Part shown: in pieces, positions 8,757 through 18,978 of the stretch
How positions within the stretch are numbered: the first letter of the stretch is position 1
Layout of the letters: each line of letters opens with the position of its first letter
Origin: a virus
Taxonomy: Duplodnaviria; Caudoviricetes
DNA length: 57,813 nucleotides
Direction: 5' to 3' (one strand)
Virus record (IMG/VR): IMGVR_UViG_3300029787_000046
Span: 1 to 57,813 of that record
Made by a program: the position numbers and the translations under genes
Notes under the pieces: generated by a model
Seen by the model: only the letters and a program-made list of their open reading frames with translations
Database searches by the model: none
What the model was told of the DNA's origin: nothing

Positions 8757-9575
8757 TTACATGATGTCTTGGTTGCCATCACTTGTATTAGGGGTTACGT
8801 TTTTAGCCTCTTCAGGGGCTTCTTCTTTTACCTTTACCTCACCTGCCTCTACAGATTTTGCAAAACCAACTGCTGATTCAAAGATATCTTTATCAGCAGG
8901 AACAGAAAGATTTAATGCACGTTCACGGCTAATATCCCAACCAAACCAGTTACCTTTATCATTTTTCTCTGGTGTAGTTTTTACAGTATATACTTGTGAC
9001 ATGAGAGGCAGAACATAAATACCGTTTTTACCTTTAGCTGTCATAGATTGCGCTTGTGTCAACCACTTCCTGCCCTTTTTAAGTTGTGTAGATGACATAG
9101 TCATAAGCACACGCTGAGCACCAAATGTAGGGTGTAACATCAACACAAAAAACTGCGATGTGTTGGTTAATAGATTGCCATTTGGCAACATATCTTGCCC
9201 TCTTTCATTTTGGGTTGTTGTATCCTTAATAGGATCATCAGGTAAGTAAGAGCCAACGTACCCACCACCTTGTTCACGTTGTTTCCATTCAACAAAACGT
9301 CTGTTGTAATGGCATGGCACAACTTGAATGCCTTGTTCACCATTATACACTTCGTTCAATACTGTATTGAACATCATACCTGCTTCTGCTCCAGGAACAT
9401 AAGCACCATCTTGTTTATTAACTTGTGGCGAAAGCTGTGCAAGAATCCTAAGGAATGGTATTGAAAGGTCTTCTGCACCTACCTCACCAAATCCTGTGCC
9501 ACTGTATTCTTCCATACCCTCGTAGGAAACTACGTTTGAGCTTTTAGTCTTAGTTAGTTCTTTAGTATCTGACAT
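8757..9575 (-). CDS. Probable single-stranded DNA-binding/recombination protein
   Basis: DLSIPFLRILAQLSPQV, MSSTQLKKGRKW, KGNWFGW, acidic C-terminal tail; position in replication module. Confidence 0.55.
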   Translation of the reverse strand: MSDTKELTKTKSSNVVSYEGMEEYSGTGFGEVGAEDLSIPFLRILAQLSPQVNKQDGAYVPGAEAGMMFNTVLNEVYNGEQGIQVVPCHYNRRFVEWKQREQGGGYVGSYLPDDPIKDTTTQNERGQDMLPNGNLLTNTSQFFVLMLHPTFGAQRVLMTMSSTQLKKGRKWLTQAQSMTAKGKNGIYVLPLMSQVYTVKTTPEKNDKGNWFGWDISRERALNLSVPADKDIFESAVGFAKSVEAGEVKVKEEAPEEAKNVTPNTSDGNQDIM

Positions 9576-9578
9576 ATT

Positions 9579-10139
9579 TTACCCTTTCTTTGGAGTAGTA
9601 ATTTTTGCTTTTTCTCCGATGTAACCACCGAACAGTTCATCTGGTATCGAAATACCGTTTTCAGTAGACTCTTTGTACCAAGCCTTTAATGACATAGGTT
9701 CTACCCATTTCCTACTATTGACGGGCATACCTCTTTCTGTCAATTCTTCTGCAAACTTATTTGCTTGTTCTTCTTGTCCGCGAACAAAGTTTGTAGCTAC
9801 TTGGTTCTTTATAAGGTCACCGAAGCCATTGTCCAGTAACCATGTAAACGATTCGTCTGCTTTATCTTTTGGTATAGAAGCACTGTAGAATTTGCTTATT
9901 TTAATTTCTGAGCCATCTTCCAAACCAATTTTAGTCATATTATATTCAGCCATCGCAGCAGGTAATTGTTCCTCTGCTACTTCTTTTAAACTTCTTTTAG
10001 TTTCTTTCACCTCCTCTTCTAAAGCTTTCACACGCTCTTCCAATGTTAATTGCAAACGAGCAAGCTTACTTACTCTACTCATGCCATCTTCATTTATTGC
10101 ACTGAACTGTTCTGCGACAGATTCAAAGTCGCTACTCAT
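9579..10139 (-). CDS. Conserved phage replication-module protein (coiled-coil N-terminus)
   Basis: 186 aa; WLLDNGFGDLIKN and VEPMSLKAW motifs recurrent in such modules. Confidence 0.7.
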   Translation of the reverse strand: MSSDFESVAEQFSAINEDGMSRVSKLARLQLTLEERVKALEEEVKETKRSLKEVAEEQLPAAMAEYNMTKIGLEDGSEIKISKFYSASIPKDKADESFTWLLDNGFGDLIKNQVATNFVRGQEEQANKFAEELTERGMPVNSRKWVEPMSLKAWYKESTENGISIPDELFGGYIGEKAKITTPKKG

Positions 10140-10474
10140 TTGTCACCTCCTGGTCTATAATTTAGGTCTGCGGTTAAGGGAAAATACTTTCCATCTTGCC
10201 TATCCCATTTTAACATTTTGAATTTACCCCTGTTTGCTCTTGCTGCGAGGCAAGCACATAACGCAATAACAACAGGGTCTCCTGCTAAAATAAGGTAGTC
10301 CTCATCAGAAAACTTACTGAGCTTTCTGTTAATTTGTCTAATAATAGGTTGTGTAGAATAACTTGCTTGCTCTCCTGCAGGTACAAGTATTTCTACATCA
10401 CCGAAGCTAGTGGCATCTGTAATGTCACGGCCTCGCATTTCTTGGGTAATATAAACTGTCATGTCTTTCTCCAC
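10136..10474 (-). CDS. Conserved hypothetical protein
   Basis: ORF overlapping the next gene by ATGA; DYLILAGDP and LKWDRQ motifs. Confidence 0.7.
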   Translation of the reverse strand: MEKDMTVYITQEMRGRDITDATSFGDVEILVPAGEQASYSTQPIIRQINRKLSKFSDEDYLILAGDPVVIALCACLAARANRGKFKMLKWDRQDGKYFPLTADLNYRPGGDK

Positions 10475-10621
10475 ATGGGTATATTTTACTTTACTTTATA
10501 TAGTGTAAAAACAAAAGCAGTAACTTATCCTTTACTATCTCCACTATCTTGTAGGGGTTTTTACTTTTACTAATAGGCACTAAAATTAAAGGAATGACCA
10601 ATAAAATAAAGTCCAATTTAA

Positions 10622-10695
10622 TCGCGCGGACACGAAACTTGAAGATATTGTATATCGTATATTATAAAATGTTAAAAACGTAAAACAATCCTATC
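10622..10695. repeat. Dispersed intergenic repeat copy 1 (origin-like)
   Basis: TCGCGCGGACACGAAA exact match to 49961-49976, plus AGATATTGTATAT...AAAACAnTCCTATC block also present at 50056-50101. Confidence 0.75.
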
Positions 10696-10722
10696 GGTCT
10701 TTTACCTCTATAAAACAAACCA

Positions 10723-10764
10723 GATAAAATAACGGTTGTCTACTATATAGCGGTATAATAGAAT
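10723..10764 (+). promoter_or_regulatory. Promoter with GATAA-N8-TTGTC dyad for the SNF2 gene
   Basis: GATAA-AATAACGG-TTGTCT-N17-TAGAAT. Confidence 0.65.
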
Positions 10765-10790
10765 TAACGTACCCAATAGAAAGAGGGCAA

Positions 10791-12230
10791 ATGCGATACA
10801 AGTTTAAATTCAAGCCGTACGAGCACCAACTCGAAGCGTTAGAAAAATCTTGGACTAAAGAGTATTATGCTCTTTTTATGGATATGGGTACAGGTAAATC
10901 TAAAGTTCTTATAGATAATATTGCTATGCTGTATGACAAAGGCGAAATAGATTCTGCATTGATTATTGCACCAAAAGGTGTGTATAGAAACTGGGAACGT
11001 AAAGAGCTACCAACCCATTTGCCCGATCATGTAAAAGCGAACATTGTTACATGGTCACCTGAAAAAACAAAAAAGAAACAAGAAGAATTAAACACGTTAA
11101 ATAAAATAACGGATGACCTACAAATATTCCTTATGAATGTAGAGGCGTTGTCAACTAAACGTGGGGTTGAGGTTGCTGATAAGTTTTTACTCTGCCATAG
11201 GGCAATGCTTGCTGTAGATGAAAGCACTACTATAAAATCACGAACAGCGAATCGTACAAAGAGTATAATAAAACTTGGCAAAAACGCGCCTTATCGTAGG
11301 ATTCTTACAGGGTCTCCTGTAACTAAATCACCACTTGATTTATACACACAATGTGATTTTTTAGAAAACAATGTATTAGGACATACCTCTTTTTGGACAT
11401 TTCAAAACCGTTATGCTAAAATGGTACGGAAAAATATGGGAGCTCATTCTTTCAACCAAATTGTAGGATATCAAAACCTAAGTGAACTAAATGAATTAAT
11501 AGAAGAATTTAGTTTTAGAGTACGCAAAGAAGACTGTTTAGACTTACCTGACAAAGTATATACTAAACGGTCAGTAGAGTTAACACCTGAGCAACGTAAA
11601 TTATACGACCAATTAAAACGAAATGCACTCGCGATTATTGAAAACGAAGGCATGGTTTCTGCCTCTACTATCTTAACTCAACTATTAAGGTTGCAACAAG
11701 TTTGCTCTGGTTTTGCAAAGCTAGAAGATGGGCGAATGATCAAAGTTCCAAGTAACAAGCTAACTGAGCTTATGTCTGTATTAGAAGAAACAGATGGTAA
11801 AGTAATTATATGGGGAAACTTTACCCATGACCTTGAAATTATAGGCGAAGCTCTTGCCAAGCAGTATGGTGCTGAATCTGTAGAATTGTTTTATGGTGGA
11901 ACTCCAGGAGAAGAAAGGCAGTTAATTGTTGAAAGGTTTCAAGATAAAGACGATCCTCTGAGGTTTTTCGTTGGGCAACCACGCACAGGTGGCTACGGTC
12001 TGACTCTGACAGAAGCAAAAACAGTGATCTATTACAGCAATGGATACGATTTAGAAGTTAGATTGCAAAGTGAAGATAGAGCTCATCGCATAGGTCAAGT
12101 AAACAAAGTTACCTATATTGATATTATTGCAGATAAAACAAGTGATGAAAAAATACTTAGAGCGTTGCGTAATAAAATAGACATTAGCTCACAAGTATTA
12201 GCTGAAGGTTACAAAGATTGGATAATATAA
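10791..12230 (+). CDS. SNF2-family (SF2) helicase
   Basis: MDMGTGKS, VDEST, LTGSP, GGYGLTLT, QSEDRAHRIGQ. Confidence 0.92.
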   Translation: MRYKFKFKPYEHQLEALEKSWTKEYYALFMDMGTGKSKVLIDNIAMLYDKGEIDSALIIAPKGVYRNWERKELPTHLPDHVKANIVTWSPEKTKKKQEELNTLNKITDDLQIFLMNVEALSTKRGVEVADKFLLCHRAMLAVDESTTIKSRTANRTKSIIKLGKNAPYRRILTGSPVTKSPLDLYTQCDFLENNVLGHTSFWTFQNRYAKMVRKNMGAHSFNQIVGYQNLSELNELIEEFSFRVRKEDCLDLPDKVYTKRSVELTPEQRKLYDQLKRNALAIIENEGMVSASTILTQLLRLQQVCSGFAKLEDGRMIKVPSNKLTELMSVLEETDGKVIIWGNFTHDLEIIGEALAKQYGAESVELFYGGTPGEERQLIVERFQDKDDPLRFFVGQPRTGGYGLTLTEAKTVIYYSNGYDLEVRLQSEDRAHRIGQVNKVTYIDIIADKTSDEKILRALRNKIDISSQVLAEGYKDWII

Positions 12231-12401
12231 CTATGTGCTCGTAACTTCTAAACAAGCTACTTTCATTGAGTTATGTGTTACCAGTATTTTTGCTTTTTCT
12301 GCTTGAGCCAAACACTCTTCTTTATCAGAGTATGTGCCGATTTGATAATAATGCAAATTATCTGTATTTATAAAGTGTAGAAAAATTAAAACATAAATCA
12401 T
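12231..12401 (-). CDS. Small protein with hydrophobic N-terminus and two Cys (56 aa, not in ORF track)
   Basis: MIYVLIFLHFINTDNLHYYQIGTYSDKEECLAQAEKAKILVTHNSMKVACLEVTST; ATGA overlap with upstream gene. Confidence 0.65.
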   Translation of the reverse strand: MIYVLIFLHFINTDNLHYYQIGTYSDKEECLAQAEKAKILVTHNSMKVACLEVTST

Positions 12402-12853
12402 TTAAAATAATCCTTTATATCTAGCCAACCCATATAATGTAGATAACCGATAGCTCCAACAAATGTGAATATGAGTAATACGATTATACCCACTACAGTA
12501 ACCATGAACTCTTGTTTTTGTATAGCGTCACGCCTTGCTTGAGCTTCAGCTTCGCGTTTTTCTGCTAAAACTTCTTTTCTGATTTTTAAAAGCTCTAACC
12601 ATTTTGATCTTCCGTAAGTCTGTGTGATCCACTCTTGGAGTTCAGCTTCTGCTTCTGCTGCTTGTCTAATTTTCGCCCAACGATCCAACGCCGTAGCATT
12701 GGTGCTTTTGCTTGATATACCTTTTTTCTGTAATTTTTTCTTAGCTTGGTCAGTTGCGTCAAAAAATTGTCCGATCTGCTTACTTAGACCTGCGACAGTT
12801 TTACCTGCGGCAAGACCTGTTTTCAGTCCTGCTAAAATTGTTAAGGGATCCAT
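12398..12853 (-). CDS. Membrane protein with C-terminal TM helix
   Basis: VTVVGIIVLLIFTFVGAIGYL hydrophobic stretch. Confidence 0.7.
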   Translation of the reverse strand: MDPLTILAGLKTGLAAGKTVAGLSKQIGQFFDATDQAKKKLQKKGISSKSTNATALDRWAKIRQAAEAEAELQEWITQTYGRSKWLELLKIRKEVLAEKREAEAQARRDAIQKQEFMVTVVGIIVLLIFTFVGAIGYLHYMGWLDIKDYFK

Positions 12854-12855
12854 AC

Positions 12856-13266
12856 TTACATCCCATCAGAATTTATAGGGCGTCTTGTCAGGTATTCCAT
12901 TGTGTTTTCTAGAGTTTTTATTCTAGCTTGTAGCTTGACGATCTGATTAAACTGTAACAGAAAGCCCTCTTGCGTTTCATAAACTTCCTCAAACTCTTCA
13001 TAGATTTCGTCAATAGTTTCGCCACCATCCTCTTCAACTTCTATGATGTAATCTATAATTTCATCTATTCGCTCTTTGTTTTCTTCAACATCTCTCATAA
13101 GATTGGTGCGATCAGTTGCATTATTCTCTACCGTTAAAACATTTACCGTTTCTTCAAGGTTTGCTATCGTACTAGCTTGTTGTGCTGTCCACCATATAAA
13201 ACCACCAATCTGGGCGATTACAACCCCGACTACAGCAATACTTACTTTTGGTAATTTATCAGCCAT
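12856..13266 (-). CDS. N-anchored coiled-coil membrane protein
   Basis: N-terminal TM (IAVVGVVIAQIGGFIWW) and acidic coiled coil. Confidence 0.7.
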   Translation of the reverse strand: MADKLPKVSIAVVGVVIAQIGGFIWWTAQQASTIANLEETVNVLTVENNATDRTNLMRDVEENKERIDEIIDYIIEVEEDGGETIDEIYEEFEEVYETQEGFLLQFNQIVKLQARIKTLENTMEYLTRRPINSDGM

Positions 13267-13280
13267 TAGTTTCTCATCAA

Positions 13281-16200
13281 TTAAGTTAGAGACATAATTC
13301 CTTGTTTAGCATTTTGTCGTTTTTCTATAGCAGCAAGCGTTGGATCAAAAGGGAAAAGATCAGTAGCTGAAGCTGTTTGAGTATTTGTTTGTTGCGTATT
13401 TACTACAGGTGCAGGAGGCAAAGTGTTGCTTCCATACTGTTCTCCTGTTTCTTGGTCAAACAAAAACGGATTAGTTTTATCATACGGTTTAGGCAAATTC
13501 ACTGGCGGTAATTCAGATTTCTCAGGTAACTCAAAAGCTTTAGGGAACTCTATCATAATATCTTCTGCAGGACTTTCTTTACCTATTGATTCTCGTACGG
13601 TGGGTAAAACTCCTATATTAAATAAAATAGAGTTTATAGCTCTATTCGTTTCTGGGGTAATACTAAAATCTTGTGGTCCTTCTTTAACTAATAACTTTGC
13701 TACCTCAGGATTAAACATCATCTCTTTAAATAAAGCATCTGCTCGAGCTGCTGACCTTGCAGATAATCCTCTTGTTATAAAGTAAGCTGCTGCTGCTTTT
13801 GACCCAATCCTACCTTCTTGTAAGGCAACGAAACGTGTAGAAGCTCCTGCTACACTTGTACCAAGTTTAGAAGCAAACCTAGACATTAAGTCTTCAGATT
13901 TCATTCCTGCTCCTGCCACCATAGGAGTTGCGAAAACTCGTTCAGCGGCATCTGCAACTAAATACATATTATCTATATGTGTTTTATCAAATATCGCATT
14001 GAGTGATCTTTCATTATTAACAAGAAACTTTTTAAAATCAAGCGGATTATCTAAAGCACTAGGACTATTACCCAATGCTTTCTGCATAACTGCTGCTCTA
14101 AATGCTTCTAATACTTCTGGATCTTTACCTATTTTTGTTTTAACTTCACGAGCTAATCTAGGGCTTTTTAAAATATCATTTATAAGTTTTTCAGGATCTT
14201 CTACTTTCATAGCTCTAGCTACGGCAGAATACATGGCATTCTGATTAACTATTTTTTTACGAGTATCTAAAGTAGCTGCTCTTGAAGTTAATTGATTTAC
14301 TAAATTCTGAGTATCAGAAAGTTCATCAAACAAACCAAGCTCTGCCAAAGTTTCTCTATTATTATTCATATATCTGTTAATAGCATTTGGTTTAAATTCA
14401 CCACCAACTACACCCACTGATCTAATCTCATCTAAAACAGCAGCTCGCACATTGCTTAATTGAGTTGCATTATCACCAAACAAAGTCATAAATTGTTTTG
14501 CAGTATTGCTATCTTTTAAAAAAGCTTTTGCTACTTGCTCATCAGCTAAATAGTAAACAGGTCTATCACCAGTTCCCCCTCTACCTTTAGCTAAGATTTT
14601 TATTACCTGACTCGTTTCAAAAGGACGTATTACTGTTTGATCGTAATAGTTTTGAAACTCTTTAAATTTTGTATTAGTTCTACCAAATGCTTCACCTAAA
14701 TCGTCTAATGTTTTTGCAAGGATAGCTAAAGTTCTTTGATCTGATTTATTATTAGTCGCAAAAGCTTTCCCTATTTGTGAGCTTACTTGGTCTCTAAACA
14801 TTTTCCAATCTTGGAAAGATATTTTCTTTAAATCACTTTCAATAAAATTTTTAACTGTGCTGTTTAATCCTTGATAACTAAGTGCCTCTTCACCTGCTCT
14901 TGAAGTTACTGCATTACGAACAGTTGTTTTAGCTGCCTCAAGAGCATCCATAGAGGCTACTTGATCTGCATTATTTATATTTAAATTTTTAGCTAGAGCT
15001 TCTGCCGATTCTTTAGCTTGTGTATGAGCGGCTGTAACAATTTGTCTTATTTCTTGACCTGCTTCTGATCTATTACTTATTTGAGGATAAACTCCTGTAT
15101 CAGCATCTGTTAAAATAGAAATCTTGGTTGATAACTCTTGTTCACCTTTGTTTATTCTGCCTAATGTTAATACATACTTTTGTTTAGCTGCATCATACAC
15201 AACTAAAGGGGCATCATCGATAGCATTCCCTGTAAATTTTTGAGTTATAAAATTAGACATAGCGTTGAGTATATTTTCTTTTCTCGCTAAGTTTTTTCTT
15301 GTAAACTCAGGTGTGGCTGATTGTTCTATCGCTGCTTGTGTTTTTAAAGTAGGCGCATCTAAAGTAGCTTCTGCAGGACTAATAACAATACGCTCGTCAG
15401 TATACGGCTGTAAGTTTGTTTCAATTTCAATAGCTCTTTTTATATTAGCTTCATTACCAACAGCCGCCTCTTGTAATTGTTTATCTACAATCGCTTGAGC
15501 TTCTTCTCCTCGTCTGCCTGATCCTGGTTCAACCTTACCTGACTCAACTCTTACATTGTCAATAATATCTCCACCCTTGCTAACTGTTTTTTTCAAAGCC
15601 CAACCGACTGGAGTAACGACACCTTTTTTAACACCATAATAAATAGCAGGTCCTCCAAAAGGTAATAACCCACCGAGTCCTGTTTGTGTGCCAAATAAAT
15701 CTTCTTCTGCTTGTATACCCAAACCAGAAACACCACCTAATCCTGTTTCAACGGCAACTGCTGTTCCAGGAGTAGTAACGAAAGGTTTAGTTACAACATC
15801 CATAACTCTATCTTTTACTCCCTTATAAACCTGAGGAAGTTTTTGAGCAGTTTTAGCATATGCACTAGCCAATCCTGCAAAAGGCAACGCTATAGCACCT
15901 CCTTGACCTACTGCGCGTCCATAACGGTCATAAAAAGGATCTTGTTCTGAAGTTCCTACATAGCCATCTACACCATAAGATAAAATGTAGGGGATTAATA
16001 TTCTTTGTGATTCAAAATCATCTGAGTTAAATATTCGCAACAATATATCTTTATCTATTTCAGAACCAGTCGCAGCATTATATCCTGAAGTAATAGCATT
16101 AATAGCTGCATCAGGTAACGCAGCTAGTGAGCTATTAAACCCTTTTGCTATTGATCTTAATGGATCTAACACAGTTTCTATGGGATCCATAATTCTTCCA

Positions 16201-16415
16201 AATACACTGTCGTCTATTTTTTCATAGAGGTCTTTACCTGCGCCCTCTTCAACAACACCAGTAATACGACTTGGTTGTTTTTGAACCATGCCACCAAGAG
16301 TTTCTACCTCTTCCATTTGGATATCTGCACTAGGTAATCGTGTTGCAGCATCTACTTCAGATGGTTTGCTTATAATCCCAAGGTTTTTAATATCTTCTTC
16401 AGTTAGTCCTGCCAT
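13281..16415 (-). CDS. Large internal virion (ejection) protein
   Basis: 1044 aa, helical Ala/Gly-rich, last gene of the podovirus-type structural module. Confidence 0.65.
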   Translation of the reverse strand: MAGLTEEDIKNLGIISKPSEVDAATRLPSADIQMEEVETLGGMVQKQPSRITGVVEEGAGKDLYEKIDDSVFGRIMDPIETVLDPLRSIAKGFNSSLAALPDAAINAITSGYNAATGSEIDKDILLRIFNSDDFESQRILIPYILSYGVDGYVGTSEQDPFYDRYGRAVGQGGAIALPFAGLASAYAKTAQKLPQVYKGVKDRVMDVVTKPFVTTPGTAVAVETGLGGVSGLGIQAEEDLFGTQTGLGGLLPFGGPAIYYGVKKGVVTPVGWALKKTVSKGGDIIDNVRVESGKVEPGSGRRGEEAQAIVDKQLQEAAVGNEANIKRAIEIETNLQPYTDERIVISPAEATLDAPTLKTQAAIEQSATPEFTRKNLARKENILNAMSNFITQKFTGNAIDDAPLVVYDAAKQKYVLTLGRINKGEQELSTKISILTDADTGVYPQISNRSEAGQEIRQIVTAAHTQAKESAEALAKNLNINNADQVASMDALEAAKTTVRNAVTSRAGEEALSYQGLNSTVKNFIESDLKKISFQDWKMFRDQVSSQIGKAFATNNKSDQRTLAILAKTLDDLGEAFGRTNTKFKEFQNYYDQTVIRPFETSQVIKILAKGRGGTGDRPVYYLADEQVAKAFLKDSNTAKQFMTLFGDNATQLSNVRAAVLDEIRSVGVVGGEFKPNAINRYMNNNRETLAELGLFDELSDTQNLVNQLTSRAATLDTRKKIVNQNAMYSAVARAMKVEDPEKLINDILKSPRLAREVKTKIGKDPEVLEAFRAAVMQKALGNSPSALDNPLDFKKFLVNNERSLNAIFDKTHIDNMYLVADAAERVFATPMVAGAGMKSEDLMSRFASKLGTSVAGASTRFVALQEGRIGSKAAAAYFITRGLSARSAARADALFKEMMFNPEVAKLLVKEGPQDFSITPETNRAINSILFNIGVLPTVRESIGKESPAEDIMIEFPKAFELPEKSELPPVNLPKPYDKTNPFLFDQETGEQYGSNTLPPAPVVNTQQTNTQTASATDLFPFDPTLAAIEKRQNAKQGIMSLT

Positions 16416-16419
16416 GTTA

Positions 16420-18978
16420 TCACCTTGTTAGGTTTATCATTCTATTTGCTTTGATAAGAATATTCCCTTTGTAAGAACCATCTGGTTTTTTGTATATTGA
16501 TTCTTTGTTAGGAAGAGTGCTATCTCTCATAACATACTCTAATTGTGGTCCTGTTATACTTACATTAATTTCTGATAAATCAACAGGATTTGTAGCATCA
16601 CTTGCTATCATAGTTAAATAATCAAACTCTGAAGTTGGTCCTGCAGGAAGAGCAGGGTCATAAAATTTAAATGGATCATCTGCTTGTCCTGATGGAGGAA
16701 GCGTAATCTCTAGCCGAGGCGTATTTGAAGTATCTAATCTATGACGTTCATTTGCTAATCTGTTTTGAATGTTAACTAAAAAGCCTTGTAACTCTACCAT
16801 AGATGCTTCAGGATCTTTAAAGAAAGAAAGTTTAGGAACTAATTGTGCAATGATCTCTTGTTCTGCGACAGCATATCGGTCACTAAGAGCTAAAGAAGTT
16901 TGTATCGTTCTTTCAAATAAAGCTAACGCTTCCCGTCCTTCAACTGTTTTAAAGTGTTGAGATAATTCTTTTAATGCCCCTTCAGGAAGGAAAGCAGCAA
17001 CATTATTAGTAGAGATAGCTTTTAGTGTAGCTATAGGTCCGATAGTATCAGGTAATGACTCTAATAATTTTTGACCTGCATCTAAAACAACAACGTGAGA
17101 AGCTACGTTTTTGTGAATTCTTGCTATGTCCTCAGCACGTAAAGAAGTTTCAGGTATACCGATAGGATCTAACTCATGTACAAGAGGATTACCGCCTTGA
17201 TAAATTCTATCTCCTGCATCATTTGTAGTAAATTCTGCTTGCCTTAATTGATAAGCAGGGTCAGATATCTTAGTAGATATAAAAATAGGTTTCCCAAATT
17301 GATCTACTGATGGTCTTACAACTTCAGAAATATAACTAAACGCTTGTCCGTTTGGCGGTTTCACTGTTGTGAATATTCTTCCAACCCCATCTGGTTGATC
17401 AGAAACTTTTACTATATTATTTTTCGCCCCAACAATACTACCTTTAGGTGGTCTTACTGCGTTTTCGTATCCACCATCTGGAGTTAAATAGTATCCTTCG
17501 TCTGGAACAAATACACCTTCAACTTGCGCCCAACCATCAGGTGAGGTTTCGCTAGGAATAGTAAATGTTGTTTTCTGTGCTTTCGACCAATCTGTTTTAC
17601 CTGCATTAACTGCTGCTATATGATCTGACTTAGAAACTTCTCTAAATCCTTTTGGTATAGGGAGTAACTTTAATGGGTTATTTTCATCTATAGCCATTAA
17701 ACCTTGACCGCCTGGATCTTCAACTACTCTTACTGATGTATAATTACCTGAGGCATCTGTTCCAGCGAATATTTTTTCATCTTTTCCTGCCCAAATCATC
17801 TGAGCATTAAATGCTGTCAATTTTTCTTTATTTACCTGCTCTGCCATTGTTTGTGCATCAGCGATACCTAATTCTATCCCTGCATTTATAGCAGAATTTG
17901 TTGCTGCCATGTTTGATTGACTATTAGCTGCTGATGTTTTTACAGCATCAAGAGCTAAATTGAGATTCGTAGTCCGTTCTTCACGTTCCTCGGCTGCTGC
18001 TGTACTGTAAGCGAATTCTTTTTGTTGGCGATCTAAAGCTGCTTTTTGAGCAGCTATTTTAGACATATCACTAGCTACCGTAGGTACATTAGCTGTGAGG
18101 GCTTGTAGTAAAGATCCTGGACTTTGAGCAACTCCTGCTCCAAATTTAGCTAGTGCTAAAGAGCCTTGTGTTTCCAAATCTTTTTGATCTTGGTCGCCAA
18201 AAAGTGCTTGTTGTTCTGCAAGTATTTCTTCTTGGCTTCTTGGCTCAATCATAAAGGGTTGTAAAAATTTATTTTGGTTTTCCATAATTTGAGCTGTATC
18301 AGTAGGGGCTTTTTTATACCCAAGTTCTGTTTGAGCATCCATATATGTTTTAGCAATATTTGTAATATCGTCAACTTTATAATCAGGCCTTTCAAGCTGA
18401 GGAAATGGAAACGTCCTATAAGAAGGAGTCATTGTACCTGTTAGTATTTCTGGAGCATGATAACCCCCATGTGCAAAATTAACTGGTGTTTCGCCCATAG
18501 CTATACGCATTGACGCCTCATCCGATCCTGGAGCTTGGATTGGAGAGGCGTTATTAAAATTTACAGTGGACTGCCGACCTCCTGCCATTGGAGCATCTGC
18601 AATGCCTCCAGGAGCTGCGTCGCTCGCTTGGGCTTGCACCATTTCAAGGATTTGAAAGTATGGTTGCATGACCGCTAATACTGATTCAGGAGTTTTCTTA
18701 GCATCTTTTTGACCAACTAACTCTGCCAGTTCACTTACTCTAGCTTTTATAGGTTGTTCATCACCCCTTATGGAGTTTATAACTTCCTCCATATTCTCTG
18801 CTGCGTCTACTTTTTCGTACAAATTTTCAACAGTATTTTCAAACTGTTTCATACCTTGTTGAATTATTGGGTCGTTATTTTCTGGCACTAGTCCAGAGGT
18901 AATGCCTGTCCCTACTGCATTAGGCGCAGAGGCAGACATACCTTGAGCAACCATAGGTCGCTGTGCAAATTCTACCAT
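16420..18978 (-). CDS. Internal virion (ejection) protein
   Basis: 852 aa; FAHGG motif; position among ejection genes. Confidence 0.6.
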   Translation of the reverse strand: MVEFAQRPMVAQGMSASAPNAVGTGITSGLVPENNDPIIQQGMKQFENTVENLYEKVDAAENMEEVINSIRGDEQPIKARVSELAELVGQKDAKKTPESVLAVMQPYFQILEMVQAQASDAAPGGIADAPMAGGRQSTVNFNNASPIQAPGSDEASMRIAMGETPVNFAHGGYHAPEILTGTMTPSYRTFPFPQLERPDYKVDDITNIAKTYMDAQTELGYKKAPTDTAQIMENQNKFLQPFMIEPRSQEEILAEQQALFGDQDQKDLETQGSLALAKFGAGVAQSPGSLLQALTANVPTVASDMSKIAAQKAALDRQQKEFAYSTAAAEEREERTTNLNLALDAVKTSAANSQSNMAATNSAINAGIELGIADAQTMAEQVNKEKLTAFNAQMIWAGKDEKIFAGTDASGNYTSVRVVEDPGGQGLMAIDENNPLKLLPIPKGFREVSKSDHIAAVNAGKTDWSKAQKTTFTIPSETSPDGWAQVEGVFVPDEGYYLTPDGGYENAVRPPKGSIVGAKNNIVKVSDQPDGVGRIFTTVKPPNGQAFSYISEVVRPSVDQFGKPIFISTKISDPAYQLRQAEFTTNDAGDRIYQGGNPLVHELDPIGIPETSLRAEDIARIHKNVASHVVVLDAGQKLLESLPDTIGPIATLKAISTNNVAAFLPEGALKELSQHFKTVEGREALALFERTIQTSLALSDRYAVAEQEIIAQLVPKLSFFKDPEASMVELQGFLVNIQNRLANERHRLDTSNTPRLEITLPPSGQADDPFKFYDPALPAGPTSEFDYLTMIASDATNPVDLSEINVSITGPQLEYVMRDSTLPNKESIYKKPDGSYKGNILIKANRMINLTR

